A stretch of 64,000 nucleotides of DNA from Candidatus Cloacimonadota bacterium (GTDB lineage Bacteria; Cloacimonadota; Cloacimonadia; G963667145): the NCBI GenBank assembly GCA_963676615.1, contig OY781092.1, positions 1,280,001-1,344,000 of the forward strand. Reading direction: 5' to 3'. Positions 9,927-20,697 of this stretch are shown here, in pieces. A program made the position numbers and the translations under genes. The notes beneath the pieces are model-generated. The model was not told the origin of the DNA, made no database searches, and saw only the letters and a list, made by a program, of their open reading frames with translations. Within the stretch, counting starts at the first letter, position 1; every line of letters begins with the position of its first letter.

Positions 9927-11681
9927 TTAAAAAGTTCTGTTTACCAAAAGTTGAGCGACGACCTCTTGAGCGTCAGTTTTTTTGTAGTAATTGGAATATT
10001 TTAGCTGCAAATTCACGCATTTGTGCAGTTTGCAGTTCGTCAAAAAATAGTAGAAAAGGTCTTCGCCAGTGAACGCGGAGGTGAGCATCGTGCCGTCCAC
10101 GCCCTGTTGATACATATACACCGGCGTGCCTGCGTTGTAATAGACCGCCCGCGCAATTAGCGCAAAAACCGATTGCCGAAAACCCAGCTCGGAATAGGTC
10201 AGATAGCCGAATTTGTGCTGAATTTCCTGGCAAGTGCGATAGTTATAGCGAGTTTTGATTTTGAAAAATCTGCCCAGCATCAAATGGTAGTCCGCCTTGT
10301 AATCGCAAATTTTTTGGTCGCCGATTTCGTCGTCGCTAAAAAGCTGCTCTTTTTTCTGATTTTTGTATTGCAAACTCACCAGCTGACGCGGCGCCGAATA
10401 GTGCCCCCGCACAAGCAGCTCCTGCCCGCTCAGCGGCATCTGCGCCTGCGCCGAAGTTTCGGGCGTCTTCCACACATCCAGATAAAAATTGAACTTCAGC
10501 CTCGGCAGCGGCTTCCACAAAGCCCCATAATACAGCCCTTTTTGGTTATCATACGAGTTGCTCTGCGTGATCGGCTTGCCCATATAAGTCGGCAAATTTT
10601 TCTCAAACTCCCGATAAATCAAGGTTTGATGCAAATTCTCGTAAATCGTGCGGACACCCAAAACTTTGCCCAATTTCTCGTCCGCTTCGGCGATTTCGCC
10701 AAAATAGTCGGTATTTTCTAGGCGAAAACGAAAATCGACCGAGTTAATTTGGTAAGATTGCGACTTTTGTCTGTCCAAAAACGGCTTGCCGAACTTCACT
10801 TCGGCGCGATTGTAGCCCAAATCGAAAGCGTCACTTATCCATTGCGTGTAAAGCCCGACGGTCTTCAAACTCGCTGTCGGCGAAGGATGCAGGTGTAATC
10901 CCGATTCGTCAAAAGAGCTAATCGAGTCGTTTTGCAAGTTCACATCCAGGTCGGTTTTGCTGTAATACGGCGTCAGGTGCAGCGACTTCACGCCCGCAGT
11001 GACGCTCGCTCCGTGCATATACCACTGCTCACTAAACGAGGTGTATGGAGAAATTTTGCTGGCGGAAACAATCGGCGATTTGGTGGACAGCGCAGAAATC
11101 GTTGTCGCAAAACGCTCGCCAAAAACGACGCCTTGTCCTAGACGAATTTTGTATGAACCCAAAACGATGTTGGAAATGTAGGGCAGATTTTTTTGCTGAA
11201 AAAACCAGTTCCGATAGTCCAGATGGCTGGTTTCGCCCGCATCTTTTTGCAAAAGAAATCCAAATCGGCTATTTTTGTAGCTGCCAAAAATTTTTTCGCT
11301 GTGATGCAGATGATTGGGGATATCGTGATATTTTTGCTGGTCGATCAAACGAGCCAAAAAATAGATCGAGCCAGAGTTAAACGAGAGATAAGGCAGCAGC
11401 TCCGCCACAACATTCGGCGCTAGCCCTGCTTTTTTCAGGTCGGCTTTGTCTTCGATTTTTACCGCAGAAAGTTTTCCTATCTGCTCGTCGTCCAAAAAGT
11501 AAAAATTTTGCCAATCTTTTTTGCTCGCATAGCGGGCGTCCAGCGGAAAAAGTTCATAAAACAAAAGCGAGCTATACTCGCTTGTTTCATAGGTCTCCTC
11601 TTCACTTTCCTCTTCCGCCACCAAAATTTGCGCAAAAATCAAAAGCAAAATCAGAAGAAAAAAGTTTGTTCTAAATCTCAA
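9927..11681 (-). CDS. Exported protein with degenerate helix-hairpin-helix region and probable outer-membrane beta-barrel (ComEA-related family)
   Basis: Signal peptide; PLDARYASKKDWQNFYFLD resembles the ComEA/HhH start; QKDAGE and LGSYKIRLGQGVV motifs; C-terminal Phe. Confidence 0.55.
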   Translation of the reverse strand: MRFRTNFFLLILLLIFAQILVAEEESEEETYETSEYSSLLFYELFPLDARYASKKDWQNFYFLDDEQIGKLSAVKIEDKADLKKAGLAPNVVAELLPYLSFNSGSIYFLARLIDQQKYHDIPNHLHHSEKIFGSYKNSRFGFLLQKDAGETSHLDYRNWFFQQKNLPYISNIVLGSYKIRLGQGVVFGERFATTISALSTKSPIVSASKISPYTSFSEQWYMHGASVTAGVKSLHLTPYYSKTDLDVNLQNDSISSFDESGLHLHPSPTASLKTVGLYTQWISDAFDLGYNRAEVKFGKPFLDRQKSQSYQINSVDFRFRLENTDYFGEIAEADEKLGKVLGVRTIYENLHQTLIYREFEKNLPTYMGKPITQSNSYDNQKGLYYGALWKPLPRLKFNFYLDVWKTPETSAQAQMPLSGQELLVRGHYSAPRQLVSLQYKNQKKEQLFSDDEIGDQKICDYKADYHLMLGRFFKIKTRYNYRTCQEIQHKFGYLTYSELGFRQSVFALIARAVYYNAGTPVYMYQQGVDGTMLTSAFTGEDLFYYFLTNCKLHKCVNLQLKYSNYYKKTDAQEVVAQLLVNRTF

Positions 11682-11724
11682 AGCAACTCAACTTTATTTA
11701 GCAATCGGTGAATTGCGCAAGACC

Positions 11725-11892
11725 CTAATTTTTTGAAGAATGTTTATTCTGCTGTTGAGACACATCGGGTTTTACTATCGCACTTTTAATCAAAGAGACT
11801 TTTAATGGCGCCCGTGACTTACCAAAGTCATTTTTCTGAACTTTACCCCCAGAATAACCTTCATTTAGCGGGTTGTAATTTCTTCTATTCAT
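11725..11892 (-). CDS. Small basic hydrophilic hypothetical protein (55 aa)
   Basis: ATG at 11892 overlaps the upstream stop (ATGAATAG) after GGAG RBS; MNRRNYNPLNEGYSGG... Confidence 0.5.
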   Translation of the reverse strand: MNRRNYNPLNEGYSGGKVQKNDFGKSRAPLKVSLIKSAIVKPDVSQQQNKHSSKN

Positions 11893-12484
11893 TGTTTTCT
11901 CCATTGTTTTCAAAAAATTCAATTGATAAATATTCGTTATTCGCAATCAAAATGCCATTGCTATTTTCCACAATATTTATCTCTCCAGTTTCGCTTTTAG
12001 TATAAACTTTTTCCAAATATATAGAGCCGTCATTAGGAAAAGATGTCGCGTAAGATTTTTCGCCAAAATAGCCTACAATTTCTTCTCCATTCTTTAAATG
12101 AACTAATAATATGGCGTCTGGTCTTTGAGAAAAATACCAATCCCAAGCTGTTGGCATTTGTATATCAAAGTTTTTTCTAAAAAAGTTTGAAGAAATAACC
12201 TTTATGTAAACGAAAGCTAATATCAAGGGAGAGATTGTTAATATTAAAATAGATGAAGATATTCCCCATCCTTCGCAATTATTTGAAAATAACAAATAAG
12301 GAATCCAACCAAAAATCGACAAATTTAGAAGACTATAAGAAATTGCTTCGAAAATAACATCTTTCAACAAAAATTCTTTGTTCGGAATTTTCAATCGTAT
12401 AATTTTCATAATAAGAAAACCCGGCAAAATCAACACAGCAAAAGCGATAACAACTTTTATTTGCAACAAATTTTCAATACTCAT
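11885..12484 (-). CDS. DUF6338-like membrane protein
   Basis: Three hydrophobic helices, then PTAWDWYF, LKNGEEIVG, SYATS, IYLE, GILI...IEF pattern as I recall it for DUF6338; AT-rich. Confidence 0.65.
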   Translation of the reverse strand: MSIENLLQIKVVIAFAVLILPGFLIMKIIRLKIPNKEFLLKDVIFEAISYSLLNLSIFGWIPYLLFSNNCEGWGISSSILILTISPLILAFVYIKVISSNFFRKNFDIQMPTAWDWYFSQRPDAILLVHLKNGEEIVGYFGEKSYATSFPNDGSIYLEKVYTKSETGEINIVENSNGILIANNEYLSIEFFENNGENNE

Positions 12485-12567
12485 TACTAATTATCCTTCA
12501 ATAATATACCCAATAATTTTGTAGCCAAAATTAACAAAACTATTCTCATTTTTTTTATAATTCCCCC

Positions 12568-13275
12568 TCACCCAAGCACTGTCTCCAGGGCGACCTCCAT
12601 CATATTTGTATAGGTCGTTTGGCGATTTTCGGGAGAGTCCGCCTCGCCACTGACCAAGCTATCGCTAACTGTCAAAATCGCCAGAGCCTGCACGCCGAAT
12701 TTTGCAGCGATGGTGTATAACGCCGCCGCCTCCATCTCCACAGCCAGCACTCCATACTTTGCCCAAAGTTGCCACGCATTTGGGTCGTCGTCGTAAAAAA
12801 TATCGCTCGAAAAAATATTGCCCACTCGCACAGCGACGCTCTTTTTTTGCGCCTCACGATAAGCTTTTTGCAAAAGCGAAAAATCGGCAGTTGGCGCAAA
12901 ATCCGCACCGTCAAAACGACGCCGATTCACTCCCCAATTGCTGGAGGCAGACATAGCCAGCACCAAATTTCCCAGTCCCAAATCCGCCTGCATACTTCCG
13001 CAAGAGCCAACCCGTATCAGCGTCTGCGCTCCAAACTCCTGTATCAACTCCGTGGCGTAAATGCTAAACGAAGGCATCCCCATTCCAGAGCCTTGCACCG
13101 AGACCAGCTCGCCCTTGTATTTGCCCGTAAAACCCAGCATCCCGCGAACATCGTTGTGGCACACCGCATCCTCCAGATAATGTTCCGCAATAAACTTCGC
13201 CCGCAGCGGATCGCCCGGCATCAGCACCTTTTTCGCAATCTGCACGCCCTTTTTACACTGAATATGCACACCCAT
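12568..13275 (-). CDS. deoD: Purine-nucleoside phosphorylase (hexameric type)
   Basis: [39 protein letters not shown]. Confidence 0.95.
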   Translation of the reverse strand: MGVHIQCKKGVQIAKKVLMPGDPLRAKFIAEHYLEDAVCHNDVRGMLGFTGKYKGELVSVQGSGMGMPSFSIYATELIQEFGAQTLIRVGSCGSMQADLGLGNLVLAMSASSNWGVNRRRFDGADFAPTADFSLLQKAYREAQKKSVAVRVGNIFSSDIFYDDDPNAWQLWAKYGVLAVEMEAAALYTIAAKFGVQALAILTVSDSLVSGEADSPENRQTTYTNMMEVALETVLG

Positions 13276-13278
13276 TTT

Positions 13279-14955
13279 CTACTCCTTAATTTGCTTTAGC
13301 GACTGCGCAATATTCAGCGACTTATCGCCAATCGACTCAAAAATCTGCAACAAATCCATATAAATCAACTCGCCACGAATATCCACATCCTCCGTCTTCT
13401 CCAGCCGATACTTCGTCGCCTTGCGCAACTTATTCCGCAAATCGTCGATCTGTTCCTCAATCGCAAAAGCCCGCTGCAAATCCCGCGTCTGCATCTTTTG
13501 CATCGAAATATCCAAATGCTCCTTGAGAAAATCGATAAAACCGCTCACGAGCCCAGAATAAACCTCCAGCTCTTGCCGCGCCTTTTCGTGAAAATGATAC
13601 CCCTTTCGCTTAATCTTTTCCGTCAAAAAAGTCAGCTGATAACAATAGTCGCAAATGCTCTCTATCTCATTGACAATCCGTATCATTACGCTGATATTAT
13701 TGGAAGTGTTGGCGCTGATATTTTCCCGATTACACTTATTCAAATATTTGGAAATCTCCACCTGCATCTGATCCGACAAATCTTCCTGTTTCCGAGCCTT
13801 CAGCAAAACCTTATCCAGCTTTTTCGCCTTCTGAAAATAAGCCTGTCGATAATTTTCATACATCTTTCCCGACAAATCCAGCATCTTGCGAATTTCGTTT
13901 TTGGCGGTCATCAACTCCAGCTCTGGCGCGCCCTGCAAATTTGTCGAAAGATACTGCAACGAGTAAACATCCGGCGTCTGATTGGCACTTTTGAACACCA
14001 ACTTCGCCGAAACCACAGCGATATATTTCACCAAAAACAAGCAAACAAACATATTCAGAATGTTGAACAAAGTATGAAAAAGCGACACATTCAGCGGGTA
14101 GTTGCTCAGCAAATCGGAATCCCAGGGCGTGATGCTCAACACAAAACGATAGAACGGGAAAAACACCAACAGCATCCAAATCACCCCGAAAACATTGAAA
14201 ATAAAATGCGCCCTCGCCGCAGTTTTCGCCGTGCGATTGGTCGAAATTGCCGCCAAATTCGCGGTGATGGTCGTGCCGATATTCTCGCCCAAAACCATCG
14301 CCATTCCTATCGGCAGAGGTATCCAGCCCTTAAAAAGCATCGTCACTGTAATCGCCATCGAGGCAGAAGACGACTGCACAATCAAAGTCAGCACAGCTCC
14401 CACAAGCACAAAAAGCAAAATCGAGCCCATTCCAAAATCGGTGTAAGAGCTCAGAAAGTGCATAATCTCGGGGCTGCTCTTGATGTCCGGCACAGAATCT
14501 TTCAGATACGAAAGTCCGATAAAAAGAAGCCCGAATCCGACAAGCAAACTGCCCACATCTTTCCAGCGTTGGTTTTTGAGGAAAGACAGCGGAAAGCCAA
14601 CTCCGACAATCGCCAGAGCCATCGCCGAAATTTTAATCTTGAAGCCGAAATACGAAACAATCCAGGTGGTCACCGTCGTGCCGATGTTCGCCCCCATAAT
14701 CACGCCAATCGACTGAATCAGCGACAGCATTCCCGCATTCACAAAACTCACCACCATCACGGTCGTGGCAGACGAAGACTGAATAATTGCCGTGATCAGA
14801 CTGCCGGTCAGAACGCCCATCAGCCGATTGTTGGTCATATAGCCCAAAATAGCTTTCAGGCGATTCCCTGCCACTCTCTGCAAAGCGTCGCTCATTATTT
14901 TCATTCCAAACAAAAAAATTCCCAGCGAACCAAGCAGTTCCAAAAATAAAACCAT
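13279..14955 (-). CDS. Na+/phosphate cotransporter family protein with PhoU-like tail
   Basis: Two QSSS repeats, GANIGTT and GENIGTT, helical C-terminus with ESIGD. Confidence 0.9.
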   Translation of the reverse strand: MVLFLELLGSLGIFLFGMKIMSDALQRVAGNRLKAILGYMTNNRLMGVLTGSLITAIIQSSSATTVMVVSFVNAGMLSLIQSIGVIMGANIGTTVTTWIVSYFGFKIKISAMALAIVGVGFPLSFLKNQRWKDVGSLLVGFGLLFIGLSYLKDSVPDIKSSPEIMHFLSSYTDFGMGSILLFVLVGAVLTLIVQSSSASMAITVTMLFKGWIPLPIGMAMVLGENIGTTITANLAAISTNRTAKTAARAHFIFNVFGVIWMLLVFFPFYRFVLSITPWDSDLLSNYPLNVSLFHTLFNILNMFVCLFLVKYIAVVSAKLVFKSANQTPDVYSLQYLSTNLQGAPELELMTAKNEIRKMLDLSGKMYENYRQAYFQKAKKLDKVLLKARKQEDLSDQMQVEISKYLNKCNRENISANTSNNISVMIRIVNEIESICDYCYQLTFLTEKIKRKGYHFHEKARQELEVYSGLVSGFIDFLKEHLDISMQKMQTRDLQRAFAIEEQIDDLRNKLRKATKYRLEKTEDVDIRGELIYMDLLQIFESIGDKSLNIAQSLKQIKE

Positions 14956-14985
14956 TTTTTGCTCCTCTTTTTTTTACTAAACGCC

Positions 14986-15714
14986 CTAGATATCTAGCAC
15001 TTTATCCAAAAACCTTTTCGTGCGTGGATTTTGCGGATTGCCAAAAAGCTCCTGCGGAGTGTTCTCCTCCACAATCTGCCCGTCATCCATAAACACCACA
15101 CGGTCGGAAACCTCTTTGGCAAAACCCATCTGATGCGTCACCAAAATCATCGTCATCCCGTGATGCGCAAGGCTCTTGATAATCTCCAGAACCTCGCCAA
15201 TCACCTCTGGATCCAGCGCCGAAGTCGGCTCGTCAAACAGCATAATCTCGGGCTCCATCGCCAAAGCCCTGGCTATCGCCACCCGCTGCTTTTGTCCACC
15301 AGAGAGCGCCGACGGGTAAACATCCCGCTTGTCCTGCAGACCGACCTGCTTCAAAAGCTTCATCGCCAACTCCTCAGCCGCCTGCTTCTCCACTTTTTTC
15401 ACCTTAATCGGCGCAAGAGTGATATTGCCCAAAACCGTCAAATGCGGAAAAAGATTAAAATGCTGAAACACCATACCCACACGCTGCCGCATCTCCACAG
15501 GGTCTTGGTCGCTAGCCAAAATATCTTTCCCCTTGATAAAAATATGTCCGCCAGTGGGCTCTTCCATCAGATTTATACACCGCAAAAAAGTCGATTTTCC
15601 CGAACCAGAAGGTCCGATAATGCAAATCGTGTCTTGCTCGTTGATATCGTAATCGATACCTTTCAGGACTCGCAAATCGCCAAAAGATTTTTGCAAATTT
15701 CTAACTTTAATCAT
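14986..15714 (-). CDS. Polar amino-acid ABC transporter ATP-binding protein (GlnQ-like)
   Basis: [34 protein letters not shown]. Confidence 0.95.
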   Translation of the reverse strand: MIKVRNLQKSFGDLRVLKGIDYDINEQDTICIIGPSGSGKSTFLRCINLMEEPTGGHIFIKGKDILASDQDPVEMRQRVGMVFQHFNLFPHLTVLGNITLAPIKVKKVEKQAAEELAMKLLKQVGLQDKRDVYPSALSGGQKQRVAIARALAMEPEIMLFDEPTSALDPEVIGEVLEIIKSLAHHGMTMILVTHQMGFAKEVSDRVVFMDDGQIVEENTPQELFGNPQNPRTKRFLDKVLDI

Positions 15715-16381
15715 TATCCAACCTCTTTTCTAAAAACGCCACAAACTTGGAAATCGCCAGAGTCATACACAAATAGACCAGCGCCACGCCGATATACACC
15801 GTGAACGCCTCGAAAGTCACCGAAACATACAGCTGCCCTCTGCGTGTGAGCTCGCTCACGCCAATCACCGAAAGTAGCGAAGTGTCTTTGAGCAAAATAA
15901 TGAACTCGTTGCCAAGAGGCGGCACAATCCGCTTGAACGCTTGCGGCAGCACCACCAAACGCATCACCATCTTCGAGGGCATCCCCAGAGACTTGGCGGC
16001 TTCCCACTGACCTTTATCTATCGAAACGATTCCCGCGCGAAAAATCTCGGCGACATAAGCACCGCTGTTCACAGAACAAACCAGCACGCCTGCCACCATC
16101 GGCGAAAGACGCACCGACGCACCCAGCAAATCCGAGCAAAGCGAGGGAAACCCAAAATAGACCAAAAGAATCTGCACAAAAAGCGGCGTGCCACGGATTA
16201 CATCGATATACGCCACCGCTGGCAACCGCAAATATTTTTTGGGCGAGAGTTTACCCAAACTGACAAAAAGCCCTATCAACACCCCAAACAACACAGAAAC
16301 AAAAGTTATCTGCATCGTCAAAACCGCACCTTGCAAAAGGCTCGGCAAAACCTCAAAAAAAACTTCTAGACTATGCGCCAA
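15707..16381 (-). CDS. Polar amino-acid ABC transporter permease
   Basis: [21 protein letters not shown] loop [16 protein letters not shown]. Confidence 0.95.
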   Translation of the reverse strand: MAHSLEVFFEVLPSLLQGAVLTMQITFVSVLFGVLIGLFVSLGKLSPKKYLRLPAVAYIDVIRGTPLFVQILLVYFGFPSLCSDLLGASVRLSPMVAGVLVCSVNSGAYVAEIFRAGIVSIDKGQWEAAKSLGMPSKMVMRLVVLPQAFKRIVPPLGNEFIILLKDTSLLSVIGVSELTRRGQLYVSVTFEAFTVYIGVALVYLCMTLAISKFVAFLEKRLDND

Positions 16382-16396
16382 AACAACTCCAGCAGC

Positions 16397-17131
16397 CTAA
16401 AAATATTTGCTCATCAAATAGTCGTAATCGCCGTTTTCGCGCAGATTGTGCAAACCAGCGTTAATTTTTTGCAAAAGCTCTGCGTTCTTTTTGCTCACCG
16501 CAAAGCCGTAGCTCTCGCTGGTAATCGCATCGCCGACAATCTTCACCTTGCCCGGCTGTTTGGCGACATACACCTTCGTCACCGGCAAATCGTTAATCAC
16601 AGCATCCACACCGCCATTTTGCAAATCGAGCATCGCCATATCAATTGTGTTAAAAGTCACCACTCTGCCGACTTTGCCCTGCTCGGCAAGCTCCTTCACC
16701 TTCATTGCACCCGTCGTGCCAATCTGCACACCAACAGTCTTGCCTTGCAGGTCGTCCACGCCTTTGGTCACATTATCGCTCACTGGCACAGCCAAAGCCA
16801 GTCCAGCGTTGATATACGGATCAGAAAACGAAATCTTCTTGGCTCGCTCTGGCGTAATCGTCATTCCCGAGGCGACAATATCGATAGTCCCAGACTCCAC
16901 GGCTGGCACCAAACCATCAAACCCGATATTTTTAATCTCCAACTCCAGATTTTGATCGGCAGCAATCGCCTTGATAAGCTCAATATCAAACCCCGTAATC
17001 TCGCCCGTGGATTTATCCAAAAACTCAAACGGCGGAAAAGTCGGATCTGTGCCCACAATCAGCTTCGACTCGCTTCCCATACACCCAAAAAGGGCAACCG
17101 CCAAACTCGCAATCAACAAAAATTTCCTCAT
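16397..17131 (-). CDS. Polar amino-acid ABC transporter substrate-binding lipoprotein
   Basis: Lipobox LFGC, FPPFEF, GFDIEL, TITPER, VGVQIGTTG. Confidence 0.92.
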   Translation of the reverse strand: MRKFLLIASLAVALFGCMGSESKLIVGTDPTFPPFEFLDKSTGEITGFDIELIKAIAADQNLELEIKNIGFDGLVPAVESGTIDIVASGMTITPERAKKISFSDPYINAGLALAVPVSDNVTKGVDDLQGKTVGVQIGTTGAMKVKELAEQGKVGRVVTFNTIDMAMLDLQNGGVDAVINDLPVTKVYVAKQPGKVKIVGDAITSESYGFAVSKKNAELLQKINAGLHNLRENGDYDYLMSKYF

Positions 17132-17160
17132 CTTTCTATCCTCTTTTTAATAAATTTCAA

Positions 17161-17865
17161 CTATTTCGTCTCTGCAAAAGAAAAACGCTCTTGCATCTCC
17201 AAATATCGCCTTTCAAAAAAAACAACAATCTCCTCAAAATTCGCCGAACTTTTATCCTCATAATAGTTCAACATCAGCCTATCGTAAACGCTCTTCTGCT
17301 CCAGCGGCAACATTATCGGCAAAAAACCATTCGACATCAAAAAACCGTTCAACATACAAAAAGCAGTCCGCTTGTTCCCGTCAAAAAAAAACTGCCTGTC
17401 ACACAACTGCGCATACAAAAAAACTCCAGCCCTGAAAATCTCGCTTTCGCCTTTTGCTGCTGCGCTCTTCACATCTTCGACAATTTCCAAAAAAACCGCT
17501 TCCAAAATTTCTGCTGGCGGACACTTCCACTCCTTTGTGCCGCCGATAGACACCTTGCCAGTGCGAAATTCTCCCCACAGCAAAGACTCATCTTTTGCGA
17601 TAATTCCGTTATACTCTTTCGCTTTCTCGGCGCTCAACGCAAACTGCCCCAAGGCAACATCGTCGATAACTCTTTGCCAACAATCCACCATCCTCTTCGC
17701 TTGAAAAAGATACTCCAACCGACTCTCTGGCAATGCGTTATGGTGCTTGACAATATTATCAATATCGACCAAAGAAGTCTTATTGTTCTCATGCAACGAA
17801 AGAAGATTATACACAAGAGAGGCAAAAATTTTCTTGGCAACAAAAAGGCTCTGCTTCTTATTCAT
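17161..17865 (-). CDS. Fic/Doc-family protein with non-canonical motif
   Basis: GEFRTGKVSIGG flap and QFFFDGNKRTA motif; start at ATG 17865 after AGGAG. Confidence 0.8.
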   Translation of the reverse strand: MNKKQSLFVAKKIFASLVYNLLSLHENNKTSLVDIDNIVKHHNALPESRLEYLFQAKRMVDCWQRVIDDVALGQFALSAEKAKEYNGIIAKDESLLWGEFRTGKVSIGGTKEWKCPPAEILEAVFLEIVEDVKSAAAKGESEIFRAGVFLYAQLCDRQFFFDGNKRTAFCMLNGFLMSNGFLPIMLPLEQKSVYDRLMLNYYEDKSSANFEEIVVFFERRYLEMQERFSFAETK

Positions 17866-17976
17866 CTGCGTCTCTCCTAAAAAAAAATTCAACTTTCCCC
17901 CTAACAAAAACTTCTACTTCGCACAATTCAAATTTCCCCTACCTTTTGAAAAAAGCAAAACAAGTCAAACAAAAAA

Positions 17977-18011
17977 GCAAAAAAGGCAGAAAGCAACGCT
18001 CTCCGCCTTTT
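17977..18011 (-). terminator. Intrinsic terminator after the oxidoreductase operon
   Basis: AAAAGGCAGA...TCCGCCTTTT inverted repeat with a U-rich tail on the minus strand. Confidence 0.6.
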
Positions 18012-18033
18012 CTTCGCCAAAATTTTGCAATTC

Positions 18034-18567
18034 TTAAGCGAACTCCATACCTTTTTCGATCGCCTTCAGATTGAGCTCCAAAAGTTTTTGGTCACGATTT
18101 TTCATAAAAACGATTAAATCGTCTTTGACCGACTCAAACTTTACCGCGTTTGTCGCCTTGAGGAAAACGCCCAAAGCCACCATATTCACAACTTTTTCGC
18201 TGCCCAGCTCTCGCGCGATGTCGTTCATCGGCACTTTAATCGCCGTGATGTCACTTCTGCTAGAGCCGTTTGGGCACATATCGGCGTTGTAGATCAAAAT
18301 CCCGCCTTTTTTGAGCGACGCTTCAAACTTGTCGATAGACGGCTGATTAAAAGCCACCAGCACATCAGGCGTGCCCACCACTGGCGAGGCGACCTCTTCG
18401 TCCGACAAAATCACCGAACAGTTGGCTGTGCCGCCACGCATCTCGGGTCCATACGACGGAAGCCAAGTGACATTGCTGCCCTCTCGCATCGACGCTTTCG
18501 CCAAAAATTTGCCCAGCGTCAAAGCGCCTTGTCCGCCAAATCCAGAACAGATTAAACTGATTTTCAT
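18034..18567 (-). CDS. 2-oxoacid:ferredoxin oxidoreductase gamma subunit
   Basis: GFGGQG, SYGPEMRGGTANC. Confidence 0.92.
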   Translation of the reverse strand: MKISLICSGFGGQGALTLGKFLAKASMREGSNVTWLPSYGPEMRGGTANCSVILSDEEVASPVVGTPDVLVAFNQPSIDKFEASLKKGGILIYNADMCPNGSSRSDITAIKVPMNDIARELGSEKVVNMVALGVFLKATNAVKFESVKDDLIVFMKNRDQKLLELNLKAIEKGMEFA

Positions 18568-19310
18568 AATTCAGCCCCCTTATCTCTGAGAGTCCCCAGC
18601 GGAAAAACAGGCAACATATTCTCTTTCGCCCATTTGGTCGCCTCCACGGCGTCTTTACCCCAGTTGGTCGGACAAGTGGAGATAAGCTCCACAAACGAAA
18701 ATCCCTTTTTGTCGCGATTATACTGCAAAGCCTTTTTCACCGCCTTTTTGGCGTTCAGCACTCCGGGAACATCCAAAAGCGAAACCCTTGCGATAAACAC
18801 AGGCGAAGCCAAAGTGTTGATTAGCTCACAAACTTGTATCGGCTCGCCAACATCGCTCACATCCCTGCCATACGGCGAGGTGGTCGCTTTCATTCCAGCC
18901 AAAGTCGTCGGAGCCATCTGTCCGCCAGTCATTCCGTAGATTGCGTTGTTGATGAAAAAAACCGTTATATTCTCGCCACGATTGGCAGCGTGAACAATTT
19001 CCGCTGTGCCAATCGCCGCCAAATCGCCATCACCCTGATAGGTAAAAGCGACCGCATCTTTGCGACTCCGCGAAATTCCCGTGGCAACCGCTGGCGCTCT
19101 GCCGTGTGCCGCCGAGACAAAATCGCACTCAAAAAAACGATAGCCAAACACCGAACAACCCACAGGGCACACGCCGATGCAACTTTTGGTAATATCCAGC
19201 TCGTCCATACTCTCGGCAATCAAGCGGTGAGCCACGCCGTGCAAACAGCCAGGACAATATGTAAACCGTTCTGCCGTAAGAGCTTCGGGTCTTTTTGCGA
19301 TAACTTCCAT
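18564..19310 (-). CDS. 2-oxoacid:ferredoxin oxidoreductase beta subunit (TPP-binding)
   Basis: YCPGCLHG, HGRAPAVATG, GDGD...NNAIYGMTGGQ. Confidence 0.92.
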   Translation of the reverse strand: MEVIAKRPEALTAERFTYCPGCLHGVAHRLIAESMDELDITKSCIGVCPVGCSVFGYRFFECDFVSAAHGRAPAVATGISRSRKDAVAFTYQGDGDLAAIGTAEIVHAANRGENITVFFINNAIYGMTGGQMAPTTLAGMKATTSPYGRDVSDVGEPIQVCELINTLASPVFIARVSLLDVPGVLNAKKAVKKALQYNRDKKGFSFVELISTCPTNWGKDAVEATKWAKENMLPVFPLGTLRDKGAEL

Positions 19311-20398
19311 TATTTCACCTCCGCAAACTTCGCGTCCGCAAATTTCTTAATCTCTTCGGGCGTAAACACCATTCCGCCAGTTCTGCCATAGAACTCCACA
19401 TCCACGCAGCCATTCAAGGCAAGGTGCACATCCTCGATCATCTGACCTGTCGAAAGTTCCACAACCACGACCTTCTTCACGCCCTTAGCAGCTTTCCTAA
19501 TAGCCTCGCTCGGGAACGGCCAAAGCGTCTTCGGACGAATCAAACCAACGCTAACTCCTTGCTCACGATACAAATCCACCACCGTTTTGGCAATCCTGCC
19601 CGAAGTGCCGTATCCCACAAAAAGCAACTGATTATCCTCCGCAACGCCATACTCTTCCCAGTCGGTCTCCTGCTTCTGAATCTTCACATACTTCTCATAC
19701 AAAGCGCCAACATTCTTCTCCAAAACCACTGGATCAATCTCAAAAGCTTTAACGACATTCCGCTTCTGCGTATCGTCCTTTGCTCTAGGATGCAAACACC
19801 AGCTTTTGTGCTGCTGGCGAAGAGCCTTAATCTCGGCGTCCGTCTTCATCGGCGGAAAATCCGTCGGCTCCATCATCTGTCCAATAAGCCCGTCGGTCAA
19901 AATCATCACCGGGTTGCGATACTTATCCGCCAAATCAAACGCCTTAGACATCATATCCACAGACTCCTGCACCGACGAAGGCGCAAGCACAATCAGCCGA
20001 TAATCGCCGTGACCTCCGCCTTTGGTCGCCTGAAAATAGTCCGACTGCGCCGGCTGAATATCCCCAAGACCAGGTCCGCCACGCACAACATTCACAAAAA
20101 CAAGCGGCAACTCCGCTCCTGCACAATAAGAAACACCCTCCATTTTCAGCGAAATTCCAGGAGAAGAAGACGATGTAATACACCGCACTCCGCTGGCAGC
20201 CGCGCCGTAAATCATATTGATCGCAGCCACTTCCGACTCCGCCTGCAAAAAACAACCGCCGCACTTTGGCAACATCTTCGCCATATACTCTATCAGCTCG
20301 CTCTGTGGCGTAATCGGATACCCGAAATAGTTCCTGCAACCCGCTCGGATAGCAGCCTCGCCCAGCGCCTCGTTCCCTTTCATCAACACCTTAGACAT
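19310..20398 (-). CDS. 2-oxoacid:ferredoxin oxidoreductase alpha subunit (VorB-like)
   Basis: GNEA, GYPITPQSE, QAESEVAA, SSSPGISL, RGGPGLG. Confidence 0.92.
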   Translation of the reverse strand: MSKVLMKGNEALGEAAIRAGCRNYFGYPITPQSELIEYMAKMLPKCGGCFLQAESEVAAINMIYGAAASGVRCITSSSSPGISLKMEGVSYCAGAELPLVFVNVVRGGPGLGDIQPAQSDYFQATKGGGHGDYRLIVLAPSSVQESVDMMSKAFDLADKYRNPVMILTDGLIGQMMEPTDFPPMKTDAEIKALRQQHKSWCLHPRAKDDTQKRNVVKAFEIDPVVLEKNVGALYEKYVKIQKQETDWEEYGVAEDNQLLFVGYGTSGRIAKTVVDLYREQGVSVGLIRPKTLWPFPSEAIRKAAKGVKKVVVVELSTGQMIEDVHLALNGCVDVEFYGRTGGMVFTPEEIKKFADAKFAEVK

Positions 20399-20415
20399 CT
20401 TAAACTCTCCTTTTT

Positions 20416-20619
20416 TTACTTCTCAATCGTAATCGCCGCATCTGGACAGGTCTGATAGCACATCTTGCACGCAATGCACTGCGACTGGTCGCTACACTCC
20501 GCATAATGGTAGCCCATCTGGTTAATGTCCTTGCTAAAAACGATAATTTTCTTTGGACATACCTCCATACACAGCCCGCATCCTTTGCAATAAAAAGGAT
20601 CAACTGTCATTTTCGCCAT
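20416..20619 (-). CDS. 2[4Fe-4S] ferredoxin / oxidoreductase delta subunit
   Basis: Two CxxCxxCxxxCP motifs. Confidence 0.92.
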   Translation of the reverse strand: MAKMTVDPFYCKGCGLCMEVCPKKIIVFSKDINQMGYHYAECSDQSQCIACKMCYQTCPDAAITIEK

Positions 20620-20697
20620 TTTTCCCCCTTAACAAAAATCTTTCAGTTTACAGGCAGAAATATTCAAAAGATAAAAAACTGTCAACTTTTAAAAAAA

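Noticed and set aside
20400..20603. Alternative 67-aa ORF overlapping the ferredoxin
   Set aside because: The 20416-20619 frame has two perfect 4Fe-4S motifs and an RBS
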